From assembly GCF_009914755.1 (NCBI RefSeq), contig NC_060934.1: a stretch of DNA of 64,000 nucleotides. The stretch is one strand, 5' to 3'. The notes below the pieces were generated by a model. That model did not search any database, was not told where the DNA came from, and saw only the letters and a list, made by a program, of their open reading frames with translations. The translations under genes and the position numbers were made by a program. Within the stretch, counting starts at the first letter, position 1. Every line of letters begins with the position of its first letter. Below, in pieces: positions 26,866-40,635 of this stretch. Source of the stretch: the human T2T-CHM13v2.0 reference genome, Homo sapiens.

Positions 26866-27275
26866 TGTGCTGCTGGATTTCTTCTGTTTGCCTCTCTAGA
26901 TCTACCTTCTGTCTTCGATACCCTGTTCTGGGACTGCGGAGGCTGACTCATGGATTTCACTGATGAGCTGTCTTGCTATTCAGGTTCCAGGTGGATTTGG
27001 CTGATGGAAGGAGGAGAGGGAATCAAGATAGTTTTTTTTCCAGTTCTCTCCTTACCTATTCGTTGTGGTTGGCTGCATGCCTCTACTAAATGCCACAGCT
27101 CCTGATGGAAGGCCTTTCCCATACAGCTACTCTCTCTTCTGGGTACTGGTAACTACTCCCTCCTCTTTCCCTTGGGTTTAGAGTTGTAATAGGCTCTGAT
27201 AACAATAGTTTTAGGCTGTTACAATAGCTCTTGTTGGTTTTCAAACATCATTCCAGCATTTATAAACAGTTTGAA
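26866..27275 (+). mobile_element. LTR33-family LTR inserted in a MIR
   Basis: GGATTTCTTCTGTTTGCCTCTCTAGATC..GGAGGCTGAC..; MIR halves on both sides (core CGGTTTCCTCATCTGTAAAAT at ~27285). Confidence 0.6.
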
Positions 27276-27913
27276 TGAGCTTCGGTTTCCTCATCTGTAA
27301 AATTAGGATACCATGTGAGTCGTGATCACAGCACATATAAGCTCCTAGCACAGTGTCTGGGCATGCAATAAGGGCTCAGTAAGTGCTATTTACTTTCTGC
27401 TTTTCTTGAGAGCTTATAATTTCTTAAGAGGAACAAGTCGAATGGCTGCAGAAAAGTTTAAACCAAATTAAGGCAGTGATTTAGGGATTATTAGGAAAGG
27501 ACACATTTGGGAAATAATTTGTAGGTGTTGTAAGCAATGCTTGCAGAGTCTGGGTATATGGGATAAGAGAGAGGGAGGAATCAGGGACAAATTTGATTTT
27601 TCTGCGTGTGTTATTGTGTGGACAGTAGGGAGAGAAAATGCAGGGGAATTTTCATATTAGAGAAGAAGATGAGTTTCATCAGAACAAGTACAATTTGAAA
27701 TGCCTGTGAGATGACCAGGTGACAGTGTTAGGCAGGTGGTTGGCTGGGTGGCACTGGAGAAGGGTCTGGGTAGGCAAGGAACATTTGAGAATCATCATTA
27801 TACTAAGAAATAGATAAGAAAGTAGAAGAGGCTGCTGTGTGTCATAGGTTTGGTGGGATGACAGATGCCCTAATGGTAAAAGGACTAGACTGGAAGTCAA
27901 GTGATTTTACTTC

Positions 27914-28230
27914 TTTTTTTTATTTTAATTTTTAATTTTAATTTTTTATAGCGACACGATCTCATTCTCTCACCCAGGCTGGAGTGCAGTGGTACCATCA
28001 GAGCTCACTGCAGCCTCAAACTCATTGGCTCAAGTGATCCTCCCGCCACTCCCAAGTAGCTGGGACTACAGGTGCATGCCACTGCACCCAGCTAATTTTA
28101 GTATTTTTTTTGTAGGGATGGACTCTCATTATGTTGCCCAGGCTGGTCTTGAACTCCTGGCTTCAAGCCATCCTCCCGCATCAACTTCCCAATGTGCCTA
28201 AGATTATAGGCGTGAGCCATTGTGCCCAGC
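27914..28230 (-). mobile_element. AluJo
   Basis: GCTCACTGCAGCCTCAAACTC..GGCTCAAGTGATCCTCCC (J-type); TSD-like TGATTTTACTTCTT / TGGTTTTATTTCTT. Confidence 0.92.
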
Positions 28231-28539
28231 TGGTTTTATTTCTTGATCTGGTTTGCCAGTCACTGGCTGTTTAACCTTAGAGATTACTTAGTTGCACTGA
28301 CAATCTGTTTTCTCCAGCAAATGTAAAATGAGAAGGCTGGACTATGTAATATCTATTATGCTATAGAACTTGCAATCTAATTGGGAGGCAAATCATGGAA
28401 TAACTAGAGATTACTGATAGTATTATCAAGTTCTTTCTGAAGGAAAGCCCCCAGAGACCCATGATCTTCCTAATCAATGGCTATTGTTTAGTGAGAAGGC
28501 AGCACACAAAAACTAAGACTCAGTTTCATGGAATAATGA

Positions 28540-28790
28540 TAACAACAACAACAACAATGGCAATATTTATTGTGAGTGCTTATTGTGTACCAGGCACTCT
28601 TCATGGGTTTTACATCTATTAATATTTAATCTTTGCAATAACCTTATGAAGTAGAGACTATTAGGAACCTCCATTTTACAAAAAATGAGAGCATAAAAAG
28701 GTCAAATATCCCACTCAAAGTCATAAAGGACGTAAGGATTGAAACCCAAGCTGCTTGGTTCCTGAGCCCAAGTATTTAATCACAGACTGT
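28540..28790 (-). mobile_element. MIR with (AAC)n end
   Basis: TGCTTATTGTGTACCAGGCACT..CCATTTTACA..GGATTGAAACCCAAG. Confidence 0.7.
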
Positions 28791-30139
28791 CTGCTCACAG
28801 GGAAAACTGTGAGCTCTGGGGAAATAAGAGGCAGAGGCATACACATTGGAACTAGTAATGTTTTTAGATTTACCATGATTTTAAGAGAGGCATGGTCAGG
28901 AAGCAAACTCAGTTATGATTATACTTACCAGTTGTAGGAATCTTAGTTGCTGGCTAATATTTTCACTATACTTGCAGGTAGTATAACAGATATCCCTTTA
29001 ATTGGTACATTTTGGTAACAACTAAAAAAATTACATATTAACGCATATATAATATGTACTAACATATATTAATATATGCAGATTCAACCTTTTGCGCACC
29101 TTCATCCCTCCTCCTCCTCCTACCCCAAGAATCACTTTTTCTGAATTGTGCTTGGCTATGTTACCATCATCTACAATGAAGGTAGGCGAAAGACAGATGA
29201 CTCTTATCCTTGTGAGTCTTGTAAGGGTATTACTGAGGTCATTGCTTGTTTACTTTCTATAAAGTCTCTCTTATAAGGACTCTACAGGTGAAATTCCCTT
29301 GTGGTCTTGTTAATATTAATTGTACTTCTTACACCAACCATTTTAGATATTTTTATTAGAGACCCGTTAGTGAAATAAATGACCAAGTTGTTCCTTTCAC
29401 AGTGGGCTCTTGAAAACATAAGAGGCAAATCTGTGGCCTATGGTAGTGTCTGTGCTTATGCAGTTTTAGCTTTACTTCTGGTCCCAGTTTGTGATCCTTT
29501 GTTTGCTTTTCTTTCCTTTTCCACCTGCTTTTCTTTTGTAGCATCTTGTTGTAGTTTATGGAACCAGGCAGAATTTAAATCAATATCTGTGTGCATGTAA
29601 CCCCACCCGCATATTCACGAAATGCATATCCACGGTGCATTTTGGACTCTCTCTCCAGGAGGCTGGCTTGCCAACACAGGGACTATTAAGGTTCTATAAC
29701 AACTCAACATACTTGCTGATAACAAGGAGGTCATCAAAAAGAAACTGATTATTAGGAGGATTATCACAACCATCAATTTACAATCCCTTTGGTGAGTGTT
29801 GGTTGCACTTAATGACTCACTGAAGATCAAGTCACACTCCCTTTCAGCAGTAATGTGAGCCTAATAAGCATTAGTGTGATGAGGGCAATGAGTAAACAAT
29901 CATCTTTGTGATGATTACAATTTGGTCTAGGCAGGAGGGAAAATATTCCTGACTGGGCTTTCTTGACTGTGACAGGAGATGGAGAGGCAGAAGCTGGTAG
30001 AGGAAAGGAGAGGGCTGGAGGGGTTAAAAAATGTCAAGGAAATGAGCTTAAGAGACTTGGAGTTGGGGTAGGGCAGAGAGTGTGTGTGGAGGATTAAAGG
30101 AAGTCACAGGGAGCTTGATTCAGAGTGGGAGTGAGAGAA

Positions 30140-30370
30140 GCAGCACACTGGTGTATGTAAGAGCATGGCTCAGATTACTGGCTCCATTGCTTACTGTGTG
30201 ACCTTGGGCAAGTCACTTGACCTCTGTGTCTCAATTTCCTCAATTGGAAAAGCAGAATAAAGAAGCACCTACCCCATAGAGTTGGTGAGGAATTAAATGG
30301 GGATAATTCATGTAAAGTGCTCTGATCAGTGCTTGGTGCATTTATGGGTATTCAATAATTGGTAGTACTT
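30140..30370 (+). mobile_element. MIR
   Basis: TGTGTGACCTTGGGCAAGTCACTTGACCTCTGTGTCTCAATTTCCTCA. Confidence 0.8.
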
Positions 30371-30809
30371 ATGCTGCTGCTGTTACACTGTAGAATAGAA
30401 AATGCAAAGGTTCTTATCTCAGGCTTCTGAGGTTCTAGGAGCCATCTTATGGAAATGTAATTCTGGGAGCCATCTTATGTTATTTAAGCAACATACAGAC
30501 TTATAACTTGTATTATGTATTATATGCCACATATTTTGTCAGTCATTTCATTTATACTGTGTTCTTACAATCTCATCTCCCCGTGTATTTCTGCACATCA
30601 ACATATAAGCCTGGACACATAGTAGATGCTCAGTAAGGACTCATTGAGTTGAATTGAGGGGTGTACTTAATAAATAATATTTTGGAATAATGTAGACATT
30701 TGTGAGCTGGAAATTGCAAATGAAAATATTATCATGAAAATACCACTAATAATATTAAGCATAAGATTATATAGGGTTTTTGCCTTTTCTCAACTTTTCC
30801 ATAAACACA

Positions 30810-30960
30810 TTAGTCCTCATAAGCCCAGTGAGGTGGACAACATGCTACCATCAGCCCCATTTTACAGATGAGGAAATGTGTGTGTCAGTGAGGTTCAATC
30901 TTGAGCTTAGATGCCGCAGCCAATAGGTGATGGAGCTGGAGTCAGAATTCAGGTCTTTGG
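30810..30960 (-). mobile_element. MIR
   Basis: CCCCATTTTACAGATGAGGAAA. Confidence 0.75.
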
Positions 30961-31077
30961 ACACCTCCATCAAATAAATGGTTGTTCATACTGTTTGGAG
31001 TCAGGAAACCTGGGATCTGTCATTAACTACTTAGGAACCTGTGTGGAGTTTCTCTTCTTAACCTGTAATGTGAAGGA

Positions 31078-31420
31078 GTTTACAAACTCAAATTTTTACA
31101 GGGTCAGGTACGTGCGAACTGCAGGTGGATGCAGAGATAGAGGAGTGGGGACAACTGTGAGCAACTGCAGATCGCTGCCCTACCTGAAGGGGGCAGCTGC
31201 TGGTCAGCTCAGAGGTGCCTGGTGTGCAGGAAATGAAGGCCCCCACATGGACAACACTAACAAGTTTTTCAAGAAAAGCCCTAAATTTGGCTTTTTATAT
31301 GAATTTCTCAATTTTAAGTATTGATAACTAATTCAAATGAAAAGCAAACATACACATTACAAGGGCCAAATTAAAAAATATGTGGGCCAAATCAGGCCCA
31401 AATTACCAGATTGCACCCTC
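31078..31420. mobile_element. MER102-like hAT element
   Basis: CAAACTCAAAT..ACAGGGTCAGG start and TGTGGGCCAAATCAGGCCC..TTGCACCCTC end. Confidence 0.55.
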
Positions 31421-32142
31421 TATATGAGATTATTTTCAAGGGCCCTTTCAGCTCTAAGAGGCAATGAAAAAGACCCAGTAGCTTCCTGCTGAAAGGCAAG
31501 AAATTATTTATCTCCACTCATGGTCAAAACTCATCATCTCTTTTTCCATCAGAGAATATTCCTTGGTACCAGGGGGTGATGCCACCCCAAGCCTCCCAAG
31601 TTCTCACTTGCGCAGAGGAGCTGGAATTACCATGCTACACTGCAGTGAGTGACAGATGTAGATGCAGGGGGAGAGAAAAGCAGACCTTGGTTTAATTATG
31701 TAAATCTATGGCTACGCTTTAATAAAGCAGTGCAATAAAACTGTCTTAACTGCCAAGTTTGGGAAATAGGATGAGCGAGGTTTTCATTCCCAGTACTATA
31801 TTTGGGAAGAAAAAAAATAAGAAGAAAAATGCAGAAGCGCTGATTCATCTCTGAAACCCTTCAGAAGCATGTCAGAGATTCCTGTGCTTCTTGCCCCTGC
31901 CAAACGACATTTGCAGTGACAACTGGTGCCGAAACCCTAGCAGCCCACACAGAACTCCTTGGGAAAGGAGAAAGCTGAAGTTTCAAGGTTGATGTTTTCT
32001 AATGAGATCTCAGACAGTTGAGCTTTCTAGTATTACCTGCCAACTCTTCCTCAAACTAGTCAGCCTTCTCTTTGCCTTACAACCCTGCTTCTGCTGCTTT
32101 TTGCTAGAATGTGACAAAAGGTGACCTGGGCTTGCCATTTTT

Positions 32143-33136
<994 letters not shown>

Positions 33137-33446
33137 CTATCCAAATACGTGCTTGTTTGTTTTGATTTCAGTATTTTTTAAAAAACTCCATTTTCATATT
33201 ATAGGACTAGGATTTTCATGGCCAGGACTCTATTGGTCATGAGCAGCAGATGCCCACCCTAAAGAGCTAAGCCACAAGTGCCCATAGGAGTGGAATTCCC
33301 AGAGCAGATGCTTTGTACTTTATGGACATCCAGTTCTATTACCAGGTTAGAGCTTTTGCCAATAAAGAAAACTGAAAGGGCAACCACTCTCTCATTTCTT
33401 CAACAAATAAACAAACAACTTGCATGGAAAAAGAGACAGGGAGCAT

Positions 33447-33472
33447 GAGAGAGAGAGAGAGAGAGAGAGAGA
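33447..33472. repeat. (GA)n microsatellite
   Basis: ~13 GA units. Confidence 0.95.
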
Positions 33473-33604
33473 AACTGTAAATTAAAACAGTGTTCTGGGC
33501 CACATGAATCAATGAAAGGTTTAGGAACCTTATTTGCATTCTAAATTAAACGAACTATTAAGAATTTACATGTCAGTTAGGGAACAATGAGGGAATATTA
33601 AGGA

Positions 33605-34010
<406 letters not shown>

Positions 34011-34050
34011 TAATGTCTGGAATTAAAAGAAAGTAATCTGTGGATGGAAG

Positions 34051-34436
34051 AGTGCGGTGGTGAGGTAGAGCCAGCTTGTACTTGTTGGAAATAATTGATT
34101 GTCAGAATTTCAGGAATTTTGTGAGCTGGTGGTAAAGAGTCATTATTAAAAATTAAATTCTATGAACTTACACTTAAAAAAATTTTAAGAAGCTAATAAA
34201 TACTCAAAACTTACTGCTTGCTAGTTATTTTACTACAATTACTATGATCTGTGCTCCTGAAATTATTGCATTGATTATATCTATGTGGTGAAAATACTAT
34301 ATAACTGTGCTTCTGCACATCTCTTTCCAATCCTCCGTTGGCAACATCATGCTGGTAACTTGAAGTCAGCCACAGAAATCTACAAATCAGGGATTTCTCC
34401 AGGGAGAGCTGATGGTTTTGCATTTACCACCGCACT
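34051..34436. mobile_element. MER63-family hAT element
   Basis: GAGCCAGCTTGTAC..ATTTCAGGAATTTTGTGAGC; perfect terminal inverted repeat AGTGCGGTGGT / ACCACCGCACT. Confidence 0.7.
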
Positions 34437-35087
34437 GCTGGAGGAGTAGGAGGGGTTCGAATAAAACAAAATAGCTTATGAGTTGATAATTGTCTTGAAG
34501 CAGAGTGAAAGGAACATGGGGGCTCATTACATTATTCTCTCTACTTTTACATATGTTAAACTTGTCTATACTGAAAAGTTTAAAGAAATGTGCTGGTTCA
34601 GGCATTCTCTTGGATAGATAAGTGTTGCAGTATTAAGGATTCAGACAGGTAAGGAAGACCCTGTGGTGCAAAGGAAAAAGCAATGATCCTAAGGGCAGGG
34701 GATGTGGATTCCTTGACTAGCTTTGCTCCTGATGAGCTGTGGGACTTGAGGAAGTCAGTTAGGATCTCTGTGTCCCATAATTCCTGATACACAGTTTGCC
34801 CTTAATAATAGTTTGTGGCATTCATGACAATCAGGTAAGTGCAAGGATGAGTTAAAAGTACAGGTGAGATTGTGGAGACATAATAAAGGGTTGCCAAACA
34901 AGAGAATTATTCTTCACAACTTATTTCCCATTTATTCTAGATGAAAACTCTGAGTCATTAAATATCTCCCTGAAACTTTTTCTTTAGAGTAATTTTATCT
35001 TCTTGGCTCATGGTGATGGATCTTGCTGGGGAGAGAATTACTTCAGATTAGGGAAATACCTGGAGCATAGAAGTTAAAAGTACAGGC

Positions 35088-35875
<788 letters not shown>

Positions 35876-36166
35876 GTGTAAGCTGCCTGGGTTCAAATGC
35901 TTGTTTAATTTGCTTATCAGCTGGGGGACACATGACAAGTTTCCTTAACATTCCTCTGCTTATTTTCTCATCTATAAAATGAGGATAAAGGTGATGCTTA
36001 CCTCATTGGATTTTTATGAAGATTAAATTTAATCCTTATGTAGAAAACATAAAAATGCTTATAGTGTGGCCTATACATGGAAAGAGGGCAAGTAATGTTA
36101 GCTACTATCATATTCTTGTTACAGGGGAAGAATTGTGGAAAAGAGGGGGAAAGAGTCTGCTGATGG

Positions 36167-36414
36167 TTTTTTGTTTTTTTTTTTTTGAGACCGAACCTCT
36201 GTCTTCTGGGTTCAAGTGATTCTCCTGCCTCAGCCTTCCTGAGTAGCTGGGATTACAGGCATGCGCCACCACGCCCATATAATTTTGTATTTTTAGTAGA
36301 GATGGGGTCTCTCCATGTTGCTCAGGCTGGTTTTGAACTCCCGACCTCAGATGATCCGCCCACCTTGGCCTCCCAAAATTCTGGGATTACAGGTGTGAGC
36401 TACGGTGCCCGGCC
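36167..36414 (-). mobile_element. AluS with a ~55-bp internal deletion
   Basis: TTTTGAGAC joined directly to CGAACCTCTGTCTTCTGGGTTCAAG; a separate T-run follows at 36415-36435. Confidence 0.92.
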
Positions 36415-36498
36415 TTTTTTTTTTTTTTTTTTTTTCTCTCTATCTAATCGTGGCCTGGGGAAGCAAAAATGTAATGAAAGAACTTCAGGTAATACCAG

Positions 36499-36880
36499 TG
36501 TAGTGAATTATAGAGTGACCTCCAAAAGATGTCCTAACCCCTGAAACCTGTGAATATAACCATATTTGTAAAAACGGTCTTTGCATATGTAAGTAAGAAT
36601 CTTGAGGTGAGATCATCCTGAATAATCCCAATGGGAGTTAAATTCAATAACAGGTGCCCTTATAAGAGGAAGGCAGAAGGAGATTAGATACATAGAGAAG
36701 AAACCCATGTGAAGATGTTGGCAGAGATTGGAGTTATGCAGCCCAAACCAAGAAATGCCTGCAGCCAGCAGCAGTGGAGGAGGCAAGGAAGGGTTCTCCC
36801 CTAGTGCCTTCAGAGGGAGTGCAGCCTGCTGATACCTTGATTTGGGACCTCTGGCCTCCACATTGTGGGAGTTGAATTTG
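36499..36880 (+). mobile_element. MLT1C/D-type MaLR LTR
   Basis: CCCCTGAAACCTGTGAATAT..GGTCTTTGCATATGTAA..GGTTCTCCCCTAG..CCTTCAGAGGGAG. Confidence 0.82.
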
Positions 36881-36884
36881 TATA

Positions 36885-36980
36885 TTTTTTTAAAAAAACA
36901 ATAAATTTTATTGTGTATATTCAAGGTTTACAATGACATGATGTTATGGGATACATATAGATAGTAAAATGGTTACTCAA
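36885..36980 (-). mobile_element. Short L1MA 3'-end fragment
   Basis: TTTTATTGTGTATATTCAAGGTTTACAA..ATGATGTTATGGGATACATATAGATAGTAAAATGGTTAC. Confidence 0.7.
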
Positions 36981-38567
36981 TAGCAGAAAAACAAATAACT
37001 GCTCTGAATTCCACCTTAACCCCACAGAAGGAGAACTCTTTGGAGACACTCTCTCCACTGCCTTGAGGATCAATTCAGAGAGAACTCACACATCGTTCTC
37101 TGTGTATTGCCAATCTAATCAATAGGCAGTCACAACAAAGAAGATTGATAGAGATTGGGATGGATAACTGGTGTGAACGTTGAGGGGAAGGTTTGGTTGA
37201 ATCAAATAAGTTAGACTCTCTTCTTTTCCCCCCTTAATCATGTTAGATTCCATGTCTTAGGGGAAGCATCACTTTTATTGGCCATTAAGAGGGAAAGGTT
37301 TTATGATCAAATTGCAGATGTAATTGTTAAGCTAAATTAAATTGTCAGGAGCTCAAAGAAGGCTTCTCTGTTGATTGGAGCTCAGTTCACTCAACAAGCA
37401 GTGTATACTTTTGTGATGTTGTCCAGATAACTGACATGGCCTGTATGGAGGAGGTTAGCCCTCACTTTGGTTTTTTAAAACCTTTGGAGGAGAGGCTGAG
37501 TGTCAGGCTATATCTTATTTATTTTGACTCATGGTTTGCAGGGAAACTATTATTGCAGAGTTTTTCTGGTCTTGGACAACCATTGTTTCATTAAGTGGCT
37601 TCTGAGATCTGGACACCAAGGGGTTAGATGAGCTGTCAGAAATTTCATACTAGCAGAAAATAGAAAGCTCTTATTGTTTTATTTATTTTTTATTGCTAAA
37701 TTCCATTACACATTGGTAACAACTCTCAGGGCAGAGCATTTCAAGGTTTTATTGTGCTCCCTTAATTGTCAGCCAACTGATCTTTGGTGCTAAGCCTTCT
37801 TGTTGCTCGCAAGTTAGTGTTTGTCATTCCTGGGAGAGGTTCTGTTATTTTCAAATTGAGCTTTCTGAATCCTGCTTTTTTACTTTTCTTTTTCAATTTT
37901 TTTTTGACCTGCAACAATACATATCACCTTTTCCTTCCACAGAGCATATTCAAATTTATAGCATTGTGACAGAGGAAATAATTGCTTTATCTCTTTGCCT
38001 ATTAAGTAGAACATCTCAGTTTAAAGTACTTCACATCTGTATTTTCATCATACTTGATCCTATTATAATGTGTGACATTCCTAGAGGGACTTACGGTGGG
38101 CTCTGGCCCCACTTTGAAGCCAGTGCTGCCTATCTGGTTGGCCTTCCCTGGACTCATTCATATGCTGTGGGCAAGCGGAATCTCTCAGGTTAAGTACTTC
38201 TTTTTAAAAATACAGGAGGGTTCTTTGAGCTTGGACCTTATACAAAAGCTGAAATAGTTGAGAATGACTGTATAAAATGAACTTACATTAAAATTTATAA
38301 TTATGAGAGCTAGAATCTATATGGAAGCTAAGACTCCTTGTCCCTTATGATCTACATAAAGTGTGGTTCAAAGCCGCATTCCAAGTGCTCTGGAAAAATA
38401 TATCCCGTCTTTCAGAGTTCTCTAATTCCTAGGTGCTTTTATTATTTCAGGCACTTTTGTCTCTGGCTTTCTGCCTCTACAGGATTCCTATTCTTTTTTG
38501 GGGGGTTTGATGCTTGTCTCTTTTCTCTGACCCAGATGTGAGACTTCCTTACTTTCTCTCTCTCTGT

Positions 38568-38594
38568 CACACACACACACACACACACACACAC
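38568..38594. repeat. (CA)n microsatellite
   Basis: ~13 CA units after a short (CT)n. Confidence 0.95.
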
Positions 38595-38799
38595 CACCTG
38601 CACAATCTATTTACTCAAGGTCTTTGCATGTCGCAGCTTTTACTGAAGGTTTGGGGAGACAAGGGAAGGGTTTTGTTGAGATCTATGAAAACAATCCCAG
38701 ATTGCGTATTAGACATTATTAGCCCTTAAAAGTTCTCTAGCGTTTTGGTCATATTATTTCTTTAGCCATCTTTTTCTTTTCCTCTCACTCTCTCCCTAT

Positions 38800-38956
38800 G
38801 ACATATGCAAATGTCTTGAGACATTTTTTGGTTGTTGAAACTGGGGGTGGGAGGACTGGTGTCTAGCAGGTTGAGGCCACAGATGCTGCTAAACATCCTA
38901 GAACGCACAGGACGACCTCCACAACAAAGAATGGTCAGGCCAATGTGTCAATAGTG
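38800..38956 (+). mobile_element. MER20 fragment, left arm of inverted duplication
   Basis: AATGTCTTGAGACATTTTTTGGTTG..GAGGCCA..GATGCTGCTAAACATCCTA..ACAACAAAGAAT. Confidence 0.85.
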
Positions 38957-39082
38957 GTGACATATTTCTTCTATCTTGCTTCCTTAACTCTCTTTTCTTC
39001 TCTCTTTATGAATTACTGTTTATTTCTAATGCAGAACACTTTATCAATCACACTTGTTGCTTTGTCTCTTTGGCTCGCTTCA

Positions 39083-39239
39083 CACTATCGATATATTGAC
39101 CTGACCATGCTTTGTTGTGGAGGCTGTCCTGTGCATTCTAGGATGTTTAGCAGCATCCTTGGCCTCAACCTACTAGACACCAGTCCTCCTACCCCCAGTT
39201 TCAACAATCAAAAAATGTTTCAAGACATTGGCCTATGTC
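39083..39239 (-). mobile_element. MER20 fragment, right arm of inverted duplication
   Basis: Reverse complement of 38800-38956 with ~16 mismatches and no gaps. Confidence 0.85.
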
Positions 39240-40104
39240 CTGGAGAGGGAGTCGGGAGGAAAAGCGATTCCAAACAACAGTTCCTGCTCTCAGGATTGCA
39301 TCTTTCACCTTTGTGCATTGTTCTAAATAAAAGCACTGCCTGTTCCTGAAAGGAAATCTAGGACCAGGTGTTAGGGTTCTTTTTTTTTAATGCTCCTGCG
39401 TAAGTAATACTTACTGAAGAACGCTGTATGCCAGGAACTGAGCTAAGCATTTTATATACATTATATCATCTAAGCACATGCAGTTATCAAGTTAAGTGTC
39501 AACATATACACACATATATTCTTAACTATGTGCATTATACATGCATGCATGTACATATATATGTATGCATACATACAAATATATGTTGTCAAATGTTCTC
39601 AAATCCTCTGGTCTTGTGATAGAATGGTTTAAGTGATTTATAAATAAACCCCATCCCAAGTACCATGTGGGGTGTGCCAGTGCCTTCCCTGGGATAGCAG
39701 GTTTGCTGAGGCAGGTTTCCATTTCCTTGTCAGTCCCCGGGGCTGCCTGCCTGTCTGTGGTTACCTGCTCTAGTCTGTGCTCCTGGATCCTGCACTCACT
39801 GACCTCTCTGTTTTGCTCCAGGCTGGACGCTACCCCTTCCCATCTTTGTCCTTAATTTCTGAAAGCACAATCAACACAAATCTGTTGTGAATAGTAAGCC
39901 TTTTTTTTTTTTAGGGTTTGCGGATAATGGAAAAGAAACACAGCCCAGGGTAGGGAACAACTTAAAGTCCTTTTCCTTGTCTTGTTATTTCTCTAAAAAT
40001 TTACCCTTCTTTGTTGAAGATGTTGAATTAACTTAAAGTTGAATATCAAACACTGATTTTAAAATGTCTCTTGTGCATTCCTTTGGGAATTTCTCACTGG
40101 CTGC

Positions 40105-40635
40105 TATAGGGGAAAAATAACCCCTGTAGTTTCTTAGTTGGAACAGACTCCTGTGACAAAAGGCAGATTAACAAGAGAAAAATAAACAGAAGTTTATTAA
40201 CATGTATATTTCATATATACATGGGAGACACCCAGAGAATGAGTAATTCTCAAAGAAGTGGCTTTGAATTCCAGCCAATTTAACATCTTCAACAAAGAAG
40301 AGTAAATTTTTAGAGAAGTGACAAGACAAAGAAAAAGGACTTTGAATCTCTAAGGACAGCATCGTGAGGGAAGGCAGGTGAAGGTTAGTTAGTAAAGCTT
40401 GTTAATATAGATTCCTCTGGTATCACGTCCAGATGATGTGTCCAAAGTAGTTTTCAATGGTTAACCTTTGTTCTCCCTGGTAGAGGAGGGGTGCACAGGA
40501 TACCTTTTGGGATTGTAAATCTTTGTCCTGCTTTTACGCAAATGGAAGGCAGAAAGCTTTTCTGTATCTGCTTCTTCTTAATTGCTGTCAGCTCAGCAAT
40601 CCTTCATATTTTGGAGTGGCATATTCTGGTCCTGC
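40105..40635 (-). mobile_element. MER34/MER39-family ERV1 LTR
   Basis: Minus-strand start GACCAGAATATGCCACTCCAAAATATG; AGGCAGATTAACAAGAGAAAA..AGAAGTTTATTAACATG near the other end. Confidence 0.75.
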
